A stretch of DNA of 64,000 nucleotides from Azolla caroliniana (lineage: Eukaryota > Plantae > Polypodiophyta), in NCBI GenBank assembly GCA_043228905.1, contig JBHGNT010000006.1:7006001-7070000 (forward strand), read 5' to 3'. A model generated the notes under the pieces. The model did no database searches. It saw only the letters and a program-made list of their open reading frames with translations, and was not told the DNA's origin. How positions within the stretch are numbered: position 1 is the first letter of the stretch; each line of letters starts with the position of its first letter. A program made the translations under genes and the position numbers. Of the stretch, positions 50,001-61,255 are shown piece by piece.

Positions 50001-51320
50001 TTCGTGATCGCATATCTAAGTTGATATACACATTAGGGGAGGGTTTGGTTTCACATATGATGTTTAATGGAGGATTAGTACAACTGTTTGACAATGATGC
50101 CCAATCAAACCTTTACAATTCACTATTGTGACACATCCTATTCTTGTTAAGTTACACAATATGGCTATGGAGGAAGAATTGCTTGGACTAAGGTTGCCAT
50201 GAGAGAAGTCATGTATTGTTCAAACTCTTGTAGTGACCATATCATGTTTTTGGCACCTAATCTGGAAAATATTAGTAAGACAAGATATGTGTGGGAATTG
50301 TTTTCAAATACTTCAAGGTTGAGAATTAATATGCATAAATTTTACCTCATTTCATGTACAAAACAATATGTGTTAGGGTTGAGCTAGTCAGAAAGGATAG
50401 TACATTGTGGTATGATTTGTTGTCACCTTGGATATCCAATTGGGGTGAAAGTTTCTCATGTGAAACTTATTGAGTGGGTATCCAAAAAGTTGGAGAATAA
50501 GTCTATGTATTGGAGGTCTCAATTTTGGTTTTTTCATGTACCTGTTAAGGTCGTGCAATCGATTATGGTCTCCATGGTATCTTATTATCTTCCTTTGCTA
50601 CCATGTTAGAAGAAAGCTCTCGAAATGGTGTCACACTCAATGCGGTTGTTGTTATGGAAAAGAAAAGGGAAAAGTGCCTTGTTGTGGTTGGCATGGGATC
50701 ATGTTTGTACTCTGAAGTGTCTTGGTGGGACATCAATATTGAATTTATGAGCATATGGTGGCTCATCGGTTCACTTTCATTCAATTTATGTTTGAGGGTG
50801 TACAACCTTGGACAAAAATGGTGGCATACTCTATAGAGAGGACAGGAATTAAGCTTGGCAACATGACGATTGATGCAAATTGGTGGAATATCATTAATTT
50901 TGAAGGGGATGTCAAATTTGTAGGGCCGTTGATAATTAATCATTTGTTGACATCTTCGCAAAGTATGTATGTTGGTTTTTGTGGAATGACGTCCACCACA
51001 AGAAAGGGGATGTGGCAATTTATTACAAATTAGGTTTTGGCGACATCGAGGTTGTTGAGGTGGGAAGGTAAACAAATTCTTAACCGGGGGCTATGGTTCA
51101 ATTGGAGTATGCGGAATGCATTCACTTTTGATTCGCAAGTTGGGGTGAGAAAATATTTTGTAAGGTCAAAAGGACTTCTTTTGTTGCAATTGACAGTGCT
51201 AGAGAAGTCATGAAACCTCAACCACAAAGAAAGAGAACTCTGCAAAGTCACATAGCATCATATTCATCATTTGAATTTGGTGTGTATGGTGGCATTGAGT
51301 TTGTAGTCATAATAGTATTT
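46560..51320 (+). mobile_element. Heavily decayed L1-like LINE (ORF1 knuckle, AP endonuclease, RT)
   Basis: CFHCGVLGHFMAECP at ~47618. (NV)RGL...LMGDF..D.W..YTF at 48194-48805. QYGFL..LDIEKSYDNVDW at 49775-50131. HLGYPIG at 50412. Many stops; boundaries approximate. Confidence 0.8.
46991..47239 (+). pseudogene. rrn16: Plastid 16S rRNA fragment (NUPT, V3 region)
   Basis: ACTCCTACGGGAGGCAG and GCCGCGGTAA universal motifs. Plastid-type GGAGGTAGAAGGCCCACGGGTCG...GGAATAAGCATCGGCTAACTCTGTG. Several transitions relative to the conserved sequence. Confidence 0.92.
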
Positions 51321-53263
51321 AGTTCCATAGAAGGGTTCTATACTTCGTCGTAAGTTAGTAATGGTGGTGTTTTTTTTTCCTTTCACAATGAAAGCCATTA
51401 TTGACAAAAAGGAGAGATAGATTCTAGTAAGGCTAAAAGTGAAACACTTGATACGAGAGAGTGAGAGAGAGTCTATTGTGGGGAAATCAAGTAGAAAAGA
51501 GCAAAAAAAGTGGGATTTTTATACCTCCCTTATATTTATAACAATTATTGCCTTTGTGTGCTTTCATAATGTGATTGTTTTACATGTTCTTTCTCTCTTC
51601 CATTACATTGGTTCCTCATTTTTGTTGCCAATACACATGTTGATGAAGCATATTGTAGATTCTTAACAATTGCATATGAGCTATACATCTAATAATAATG
51701 AGATAGACACAACCAACATTGTACCTTTGGGCATTTTGCGCCATCGACAAAGCCAACACAACCATTAAACATAAATGAACCTCATACAAAACTTTTGTTG
51801 CATGCATTCTTTGGAAGACTACGACTTGAGATGCTAAGCCAATCAAGAAATTAAAGACAATTATGATTAACCTTCAAGTAACCAAAGCACATTCTAAAGA
51901 TACTCGTGAAAAATTTGAGACCTTGTTGGGGGCATTTTCAAAAGTTGAATCTCTACGAATGTAAAAAACTCATATGGCAACAACTAATTCATATATAATA
52001 ACAATGTTCTAAAGACACAATGGGCTTCCAAACCCAAACACTTCCAAATGTTGAAATAGATGGACGAGGTCCTTGAACTTGAACATTGAAGGGGCTTTGA
52101 AACAAAAATAGGAGGACCAAACCTCATTCAACTAAATATGTCGTGCACAATGAGCTATTTGGGCCTTTTTCCGCACTTGGATCTTTGCAATGCGTAAAAT
52201 ATAAACACATCCATAAGGCTACAAAACAAACACTTACATCTTATTCATTTATAAAAAAGATTACTTGGCCATAAAAAATTTTATCACCGATGACAACTAT
52301 GCTTTTTTAGGTACAACTTGTTGCAAACATCAAAATATTAGGGGCTACAAACAAAGGACTGTTACATAAAACAACTATCCCTAGATTTCAATGATGCCTT
52401 TTAGACTTGAATATTTGCATACGTTGAGGGAAAGAAAGGGTTGCTCACATAAAGAAGTCCATTATAGCGTTTGTTCATTCATACAAAGCTAAATAATCCA
52501 CAATTGAGAAGTCCAGTTTTCCAAATTCAAACTATTACATACACACCTAGACAAACAATTGAGGCTAAAGTTTTCATGCTCATTTAGTACAAGGGCAACT
52601 AACACAAAGCTACTTCGTTAAGGAATGGGAACTAGACCTTCTCATTCTCCAACCTCCATGGAGGTTGAAAAGCAAAGATGAGGGTCGATGGGATAGACAT
52701 GGAAGAGGGGATGTAGGCATCGGAAAACGCAACACAGGCAAGGGTCAATATGGAATGGAGATGGATGGGGGGGGGGGGGGGGTACAAGCATCGGAAAAAC
52801 CCGGAGAAGGGTCGGTAGAATAGACAAGGACGAGACTATAAAGCACTAGTGATGAAACTAGTAGCATTTCGGATGATTACATATGGACTCGATCGAACCT
52901 TCAGAAGTGCATGGAGGTAATGGCAATGAGCGTGTTCACGGATTGGCCAGGGAGACTGGACTGGTCACTGGAGGCCTCTCTGGGGAAGTTTTGGGCGGTT
53001 TCACACTCACGGATGGTCGGGCAGAAGAGCCAACCAAAACTTGATGACCATGATGATGATGATGATGATGATGATGAGACTATGTATGTATATGTACATG
53101 GAAGAAAGCATCTGTCTCCCCTGTTTCTCTTTGTGAAGCCTCTGCTGGAGAAGCAGGCACAGATGAAGGAGGAACAGAGGAATGAATGATGGTTGGTATA
53201 TCTAGTCCTTGTTAGAGAAGAAGAAGAAGAAGAGGAGGAAGAGGAAAGAAAGAAGGCAGAGAC

Positions 53264-56200
53264 ATGGTCGACCTTGCACGCCCTTCTTTGTCTTCTTCTA
53301 TCGCCATGAGAGCTCCAATGGCTTACCATAGCTGTGAGACTACTGATCCTGACACAGATTTTGCTTATCTCAGTAAAAGGCTTTCTGTTCTGTTAGGAGA
53401 TGCTCAGAAAGCTTTTGAAGGAGAAGGATTTGCTGATAAACTAGGATCCATGGGAGGTGGCTATGGTTCTTTTCTTCCTACTCGAACTCGAGATCATCCG
53501 GACGTTCATCAAGATTTCAGGTGTTCTAATACCAATTCTTCTGTGCTTGCTAGGAGAGATGCTTTGATGCAGAAAGCAAAGACGAAACATTCAGTTTTGG
53601 ATGGGAATAGAGATGATTATGTTGAAGTCATCGATGATGTTGTTGTTGATGACGATGATGGTGATGGCGATGATCACCGTGGTCAGGCTCTTGGTGGTAT
53701 TTTGAATGGAATAAATGCGGTTAATGCTAATAATATTGTAGATAGTTCATTAATGGTTGACGATGTTGTTAAACATGCTGTCGTTCCTCACAAGAAGGTT
53801 GTTTTGAGGATCAAGATAGGGTCAGAGAGTGATCAAAAGAAGAAAAATTCAACAGTGTATAGTGAATTTGGCCTTTGTAACTCATCCCCTAGCTGTGATG
53901 ATGATGGTGAGAATGAAGATGATAATGAAATATCTGATTTTGGCTTTGATTTTGATTCGAGTCCTGAAAAGTCACCAATGAGCATTATTAGGGTCATGAC
54001 TTTAGGCCACATTCCAGATGGAAGATTACTTTCACCATCTCTTCCTGATCTGGTCGAGGAAAATGCTCTTCAAAAGGAAAGGCTAGGGTCTGATAAATGT
54101 GATTATCGGAATCTGGTCAAGATGAACGTTGGAATATCCGAGGGACATGGTGTACAAAACGAAAGGTGTTTGTCCAAGAAAGACGAGTCTCGGAGTCTGA
54201 TTAAGGCGGATGCTGGAAGAAATGAATCAGGCTGGGAGAAAGGAGAGGGAATGAAAGTGGAAGCTTCTGCTGAGAAAGGTCATGGAAACAGTAAGAGTGA
54301 TGATAAGAGAAGTTTCAATTATGAATCCAAGAAAGTCGAATTGAAACGAGACAAGGGGAGGTCATCAATAGATAGTGGTAAACATCCTAAGCTGTCTTCA
54401 AAATCTTATTCATCAAAAATTGCTGAGAATAGGGTGAAAAGAGAAGCCACAGATGCTGTGATGAGTGGTTCTGATGGAACGATAATGTCACAAGGAAAGT
54501 TGAAGTTGGACAAAGTTCTATCAAAGCATGACTTTCGAGAAACAGATCATACGCAAAAAGGGTATTGCTCTCCATTTGAGTCTCAAAACAATGCTATTCA
54601 GAGGGTACATAGAGTCGAGAAACCAGCACCGTCAGCATCTCAAGATAGTAGTATGTTTGAACCATTTGATCACATTGTTCACAATAAAAAAGACGTACTT
54701 AAAGAAGCATCACCATCATTGGAATCAGGAATGATTAGGAAGCGTCCATTTGAAGCTGATACAGAGCTTGTCAGGCAAGGTAAAAGGAGATCTTCATTAA
54801 AAGGAAATAATGATTTGTATGAGGCAACAAATTTGAGCCCTTGCGAAAAGAGGAAAACTTTGAAAACTAGCAACCCATGGAACTCTGCTGAACTTGTTGC
54901 TGACGTTTCTGTCAGTAGTAGGGAGGTTTATAAGGATGCCACTGATAATCGAGAACATTGGAAAGATCCTTTAGAAGAAGCTTATACATCTCGAGGCCCA
55001 ACTAAATATAGAGGAAAAGAACATCCTAAAGAAGCATGGAAAAACTCTACAAAAGACAAAGATCCATCACTATGGGGTGTATCTAAAGATGCAATGAACA
55101 TGGAATCAAGTAAAGCACTGGAGCATTCTTCCAAATCACTTAGTAAAGGAATCCAAAAGAAATGCTCAGCAAAATCACAAAGGATAGAGATGACTGAGCT
55201 GAGGAAGGAGGAGAAATTACTCAAGGAAAAGGTCGAGCCTAGGTTACCGAAGAAAGATGCTTCTAGATTATATGAGCAAAGTCTTAAAGAATCAGCTTTA
55301 CAAGACATGCTCAGATCAGAACAAATGAGCTTTCAAGCTCCAGCTTGTACTCAAATAAATTCATCTAGTGGGCATCTCGATCCTGTTAGTAGCAATCCCT
55401 TACCTGCTCTAGGTGTATTGATAACTGAAAATTGGGTATTATGTGATAAATGTGAACAGTGGAGGCTTCTACCCTCTGGAGTGGCAAACGAAAATTTACC
55501 CAAGAAGTGGTTATGCAAGATGCTTGATTGGTTACAACCAGGAATGAATAATTGCAGCATTCCTGAAGAGACCACAACCGAAGCAACTCGTGTTCTTAAC
55601 CATAATCTTCAAGCATCTATTCCAGTAGAGAAAACCAGTACACTGCCAACTTTGCCACTTTCACAAGAACATTTCATGGAAACTAATGTAGCCTCTGCAA
55701 TTAGAAATGCTGGTCAAGTTACGAAGGTTATTGATAAGAACAGAGTGGCTATAGGCAAGAAGAGGAAGGTTCATGCAACACCATCTAATGAAAATATTTC
55801 TAATAAGTGTGATGATGATGGGCTGCAGATACGTGCTGATGATAGCCATGTGAATAGAGCAATCCAGGAGGTACACCAGGTGCGGTCTAGGAGTGTAGAT
55901 TCAGGCCATGCACAGGCTACAGAAGAAGTGGAAGTGAAGGGGTTGGATAGGAGGAAGGAAAGAGCAAAAGAAAGAGATAACAAGGAGAAGGAAAGGGTGA
56001 AGAATGAAATGGAAAAACAGAAAAAGTTGAAGGAAAGGGAGAAAAAGGCAAATGAAACGGAGAAACAAAGACAGGAAACACGAACACCAAAAGTTCCGTG
56101 TCTGAGCGATTTTACAATACCTCTCGTAGGAAAGGAAAGAGGCCAATCGACTGCCGTTTTTGTTATACAAGAAGCAATGAATTTAAAGCAACGTGCAGAG

Positions 56201-56827
56201 CAGCTAAATGGCAAGATTGGTATGGAAAATGAAGGTACTAATCTCTACTTACAAGCAGCATTGAAATTTCTTCAAGCAGCATCTATGCTAGAAGCACAAG
56301 ATGGAGAGTTTCGAAATGAAATTCTATCAATCAAAATTTATTCAGACACTGCGAAGCTTTTTGAGTTCTGTGCAGAGAATTATGAATCCCGAAAGGACTT
56401 TGTGGCCGCTGCCCTTGCCTATAAGTGTGTGGGATTGGCACATATGCGAGTTGTGCAAGCAAAAAGCTCGGCTATTATTGGAGATAGAGCTGAAATGATG
56501 TCTTTTGGTGGTGAATCCTTGAACTTGTCTTTAGCAAAAGATAAAAGGGGACCTTCATCTTCATCTCTAAATCATCAAATGGGAGACTCACTTATTGTAC
56601 CAGAAAAGAGTCGATCAAGTTTGGTTCGAGTATTGCAATATGTGGAGAGTACAACTGCAGCAGTAGAAGCCATGTCAAAGTCGAGTAATGCATTTAATGC
56701 ATGTAAAGATTCAGTGAACTCATCCAAAGGGTTGGATGCCATAAAGAAAGTCTTGGACATGGGTTTTCATGATGTGGAGACTTTAATTTGGTTCGCTCGT
56801 GTAGCCTTGGAGGCAACCGGCCATTAA
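53264..56827 (+). CDS. CW-type zinc-finger protein (CWZF3/5/7-like), intronless, 1187 aa
   Basis: N-terminal DPDTDFAYL...GGYGSFLPT. zf-CW ENWVLCDKCEQWRLLP...WLCKMLDW...C. C-terminal helical domain EAMNLK..YLQAALKFL..AAALAYKC. Start codon uncertain. Confidence 0.92.
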   Translation: MVDLARPSLSSSIAMRAPMAYHSCETTDPDTDFAYLSKRLSVLLGDAQKAFEGEGFADKLGSMGGGYGSFLPTRTRDHPDVHQDFRCSNTNSSVLARRDALMQKAKTKHSVLDGNRDDYVEVIDDVVVDDDDGDGDDHRGQALGGILNGINAVNANNIVDSSLMVDDVVKHAVVPHKKVVLRIKIGSESDQKKKNSTVYSEFGLCNSSPSCDDDGENEDDNEISDFGFDFDSSPEKSPMSIIRVMTLGHIPDGRLLSPSLPDLVEENALQKERLGSDKCDYRNLVKMNVGISEGHGVQNERCLSKKDESRSLIKADAGRNESGWEKGEGMKVEASAEKGHGNSKSDDKRSFNYESKKVELKRDKGRSSIDSGKHPKLSSKSYSSKIAENRVKREATDAVMSGSDGTIMSQGKLKLDKVLSKHDFRETDHTQKGYCSPFESQNNAIQRVHRVEKPAPSASQDSSMFEPFDHIVHNKKDVLKEASPSLESGMIRKRPFEADTELVRQGKRRSSLKGNNDLYEATNLSPCEKRKTLKTSNPWNSAELVADVSVSSREVYKDATDNREHWKDPLEEAYTSRGPTKYRGKEHPKEAWKNSTKDKDPSLWGVSKDAMNMESSKALEHSSKSLSKGIQKKCSAKSQRIEMTELRKEEKLLKEKVEPRLPKKDASRLYEQSLKESALQDMLRSEQMSFQAPACTQINSSSGHLDPVSSNPLPALGVLITENWVLCDKCEQWRLLPSGVANENLPKKWLCKMLDWLQPGMNNCSIPEETTTEATRVLNHNLQASIPVEKTSTLPTLPLSQEHFMETNVASAIRNAGQVTKVIDKNRVAIGKKRKVHATPSNENISNKCDDDGLQIRADDSHVNRAIQEVHQVRSRSVDSGHAQATEEVEVKGLDRRKERAKERDNKEKERVKNEMEKQKKLKEREKKANETEKQRQETRTPKVPCLSDFTIPLVGKERGQSTAVFVIQEAMNLKQRAEQLNGKIGMENEGTNLYLQAALKFLQAASMLEAQDGEFRNEILSIKIYSDTAKLFEFCAENYESRKDFVAAALAYKCVGLAHMRVVQAKSSAIIGDRAEMMSFGGESLNLSLAKDKRGPSSSSLNHQMGDSLIVPEKSRSSLVRVLQYVESTTAAVEAMSKSSNAFNACKDSVNSSKGLDAIKKVLDMGFHDVETLIWFARVALEATGH

Positions 56828-58014
56828 TGGAATCATCGAAAGGGTGAAGGTGGCTTCACTTTTCACGATGTCTAGAGTTCAATTTTGTGTATGTTTAAGC
56901 AAGCCTTTGTAGGCAAGTCCATATTAAATTGCGCTATTGGAACATGGGTTGTGTACGCATACTTGAGAAAAAACAACATCGTGCATTCTCATGCTTCTTG
57001 CACATGCCTATGTTCCAAAGAAATCATGCGACAGAGTCATTCCTTATGTATACCTAACAAAAGAATTGTATTGGGTGGAAGAATGTCTTCATCTCCATTT
57101 TTAATCTATTTGTTGATCCATATTTCTAACATCATCTCTGAGTACGCTTGCCATCATTCTTTATCTTTAATTTCCATTATTTTTTGTATGCATTTACATG
57201 ATTGATTGTGTAGGTCACACTTACCTACTGATATTTGATTGGTAGCTACAGTATGTTCCAGACGCATGCTTCATTTTCTTACTTGGAAGACATTATCTAT
57301 CTGCAAATATATCTAAAATGCGAGTAATGTAACATTGGCATTATTATTGATTTGAGCGTTACTTAAGAGTTAATGGTAAATGACTGTTCATTAGATCAAT
57401 TCATATTTTAAAGTTGTCTCAATGCATCCTTAGAGTTGGAATTTTATTTTATTGTTTTGGTTCTTACAAAAGTTTTGTTCAGGCGCATACATAGAAGTCA
57501 CAATCTACAGTTGTCAAACATAGAGCTTAGACACTAATTGTATGACCCTGCTTGCCAACTAATAATCTTTGCACAAGCTTTCGCTTCTCACAAGTACAAA
57601 GTCTCATCGACGAATAGGTAGCAAATATTAATTCAATATCCTAAGGGGAATACAACTTATCTATGATTGATTATTAAATACATTGTCACCTATGTTATAA
57701 AAAACTAGACTTGAAGAGAAACGATATAAGAATAGTGAGAAAAGAAAGACATTTTAGATTGACTAGATTGGCATCTTTAACCCTGGGTATTTCTTATTCC
57801 TTAGTGTCCTCAATAAAACAAATATAATACCTCATTAAATCTATATTATATTGTTTATGTAAAGATGTATATTCCAGATTTTAAATCCACCATAATGCTA
57901 ACCTCTGTAAATTTTAACTTTTCGTGTTGATACTGAGATTTAGGTTTATTCAAGTTCAATTATCTGCCAGTCTACACGTTCTTCAGAGTATTCTAGATGA
58001 TACTTCTAAATCTG

Positions 58015-58045
<31 letters not shown>

Positions 58046-58263
58046 GCTTCGTCATGGGAATGAAGATGCATTATCTTGTTTTACATTTATGACTATGGAA
58101 TTTTACGCATCTGTTTTTTTCCAGAAAAGGAATTTTACACATCTTGTATGCATAGATATTTCTTTTCTAATAATATGGATGAAAAACAAAAACAATGTAT
58201 GAGTTGCTTGATTCCATCACCCTATATGAAAAGTCATGCTCAAAGGTTCATTTGGCCTATTAA

Positions 58264-60800
58264 TTAATTTACAAGGGCCTGGTTAAGGAAGTTGGTCTTT
58301 GTCTTTGCTGGGAAGATGATCTTTTGTTGTCGATAGAAAGTGTCTCGGATGATGGGTTTCATTGCATAAGTTGGTTTTGCATAATTGAACTGCTTTGCAG
58401 TTCTTCCTATTTCTTCTGAAGCAGTGGTAAGCCCACCTCTCTCCTGAAAAAGAGCATGTAAGCCAGTATCATTAAAAAGCTCTTAGTCTTGAGCCAAGCA
58501 TGGTAGTGATTACAATGAATGCAGCAGTCATGTAAGAGAATGAGAGCTATATACATAGTACATGCACATACACCAAAACATTCACACAAATACTGTTGTA
58601 ATTTTAAAATTTTGTACTACAGGGGATTTCCTGGTAAATATTGAATGTACTAGAGGTATTTTGGTGTTTCTCCCTACTGATTGACGTGTTCAAAATTCTC
58701 AAATGTATAATTGCAATTTACTGTGGTTAAATATACATATTTAGAGAGTTCTCTCTCTCTCTCTCTAGCTGTTGGCTTGGTGGTTTACACCATCACATCA
58801 AAGTCATCAAATTGAAAGAACCCAATTTTGATCCAAACCATGGGCTTGGATGCTTAAAATGTTGAAAGAAATCTCTCTTTTTTGGTGGAAACAAACAACT
58901 ATATTAATAAATGTGTGAAAAACACTACATTGGTACCACAACTGAGTGGTATCACCATTATACAGGTACTGGGAAACGGCTGCATTATCAATAGGCATCT
59001 CAATCTCTCTCTTGATGCACAAACATTGATGAAAAAATAGAAACATCTCGACATTCAATTAAACATGCATCGCTATTAGGTGTCAAAAGTTTTATCCAAG
59101 TGATTCTAACCTTCTCTAGTTGGGGATTGCCCGTTCCATGTGCAGCACGATGTGGACAAAAGTATGTGTCTTTGTGGCATCTCATGCAATGAGGGGTGAC
59201 CGCACTTCGATTGATATCATAGAGATACTTGGGTCCATCAAACTGCAATAACAACCAAGATTCATGTTAAAACCACAAGAACCTGGATACACTCAGACAT
59301 CACATTATACCGTGAAAGCTCACATAAACTCTCACATACATACCTTTGTACGCCCAGGTTTGTCCAGCTCAAATTTCTCCTTGAGTTTGTTTAGCTTTGC
59401 CGTGGTTGCTTCAATGCCCTTCTTAGCATGCTTATGCTCCATCTGAGGGAATACACATACATTTAGTGAATACTCATGGAGTCGAAATGATGAAATGATG
59501 AAGTGAAGTACCTTGAGGAGCTCTCGGTATTGCTCAGTGCGGAATGTGTTTGAGAACTCATCTCTCTTGGTGAAATCAGAGTCCAAGAATCCTTTAAATC
59601 TCTCTGTTTGAGTATCTACATATCTCGTATGATCAATAAATTGGTCTCCCTGTAGCCAGGGAATATGATAGTGTCACTATGAAACCATATTATCCATTCC
59701 GAACTGCAATGCAATCTACCTTGTACATTATAGATGCGGGATTTCTTAACATTTAAGCATATGTTCAATCATAATCTGGCCTTACATCTGCCACCCAAGG
59801 CCATTCTTTCTGAAAGAGCACTGACGGATGCTTTCCACGCTTTAAAACCTCTGTTCCAAATTGTACTCCTTTCTCGGATGATCGAACCGCTGTACGTTTT
59901 GTTCTATTCATAAGATAATGTTAGGTCTACAATAACTTCAATATTATCTGAAATCAAAATGCTTCTGTGATTTAGGAACACTGGTTTACACTGGCAATGC
60001 TACTGGCAATGCCTTAAAACTTCTCTTTTAAGGATCTTGACATAGTTAATAATGCCAAAATCCTCCGAGTGGTTCTCATGACTATGCCTAGGTTCTTGTA
60101 AACATATATCTGTGCTCCCATGAGGATGGAGATTATATGGATCCAACAGTTAGTGTCCAGAAGGGAACAATTTAGGCAAGGTCAATATAGTAAAGATATG
60201 GTTAATGCCGAGACTCACAGCAAAACTAGAATTTAGAATTCATGATATGACAAATTTTTATGCACATATTCACCTAGCAAACCTACATAAATTTACCATG
60301 ATGCAGTTTATACTTAAATTCACATAATGAGCATATAACAGTATCCACAATGACACAAACAATGTTAAAATAAAGGTACATTCATGTTCATGAAGACAAA
60401 TGTATCCATTGGTGCACCAAGGTAAACATATACATGTGTCAATAATTACACGATATATGTTCAAATCACATATTAAACATAGCTTAATGTCCACAATGAC
60501 AATTTGTTTTGCCCAAAAATGATATACAGGTCAATCTAACATAAGCGTTCATGACCCAGATTCACACAGCAATTTTCTTTCTCTGCTTTTGGAAACCAAA
60601 ATGGCAACAGAAGTGGAAGAATTTTTTTCCTTTTTAAGAGAATGGAAAACAAAGAAAGAAAGAAAGAAAGAACAGAGGAGAAGTGACTTACGTGGTTTTA
60701 ATCCATACTCAAGAGGATTGTCTTGTGTGCCAAAATTGATGTAATCCGTGATTTCAAACACATCTCTGAGAGCTCTCTCGGTGAGCAAATTGTTGTTCAT
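58264..60800 (-). CDS. Multi-exon conserved protein, putative cilia/flagella-associated
   Basis: Exons 60800-60692, 59903-59786, 59649-59512, 59442-59344, 59242-59111 and 58443-58264 (GT-AG). Motifs GFLDSDFTKRDEFSNTFRTEQYRELLK and KPIIRDTFYR recall algal flagellar proteins. Exon 1/2 phases do not match, so a micro-exon or frameshift is implied. Confidence 0.7.
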
Positions 60801-61024
60801 GGCGACTTTAGAAACAAGAAATTAGAAAAAAAGAAGGAAAGAAGGAGAAGCCTTTTCTTGTGGAGAGAGGAAGGCGACAGAGCAAAAAGCTAAAAAGACA
60901 GAGAAATCTTGTGGGCTCTGTTTCTGTGTGTGTGCAGAGAGAACCGGTAGCAAAATGCGACCTTTCGAAAAATCAAATACATGAGGAATGAAGACAAACC
61001 CCACACCCCCCCCAAAGTTCAAAC

Positions 61025-61255
61025 CATAGTATGAAGCATACGTACCATACGTGCATTCGCATTCGACAATGTTTTAATCATTTTTGAGAATGGTAAACAC
61101 CCTCGAAGTATGGTAAAATACCATACTTTTGTATTCATTATAATATATTATCAGGTAAATTTTTTCTTAAGGTGAGAAATTTAAGGTAAAAAGTGTAAAC
61201 AAAAAACATAAGAATGTTTTGATAACATACGCATTCGCGTATATTACGTACTATG
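61025..61255. mobile_element. 231-bp hAT-type MITE
   Basis: 8-bp TSD GTTCAAAC at 61017-61024 and 61256-61263. Imperfect TIRs CATAGTATGAAGCATACG / CGTATATTACGTACTATG. Confidence 0.82.
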
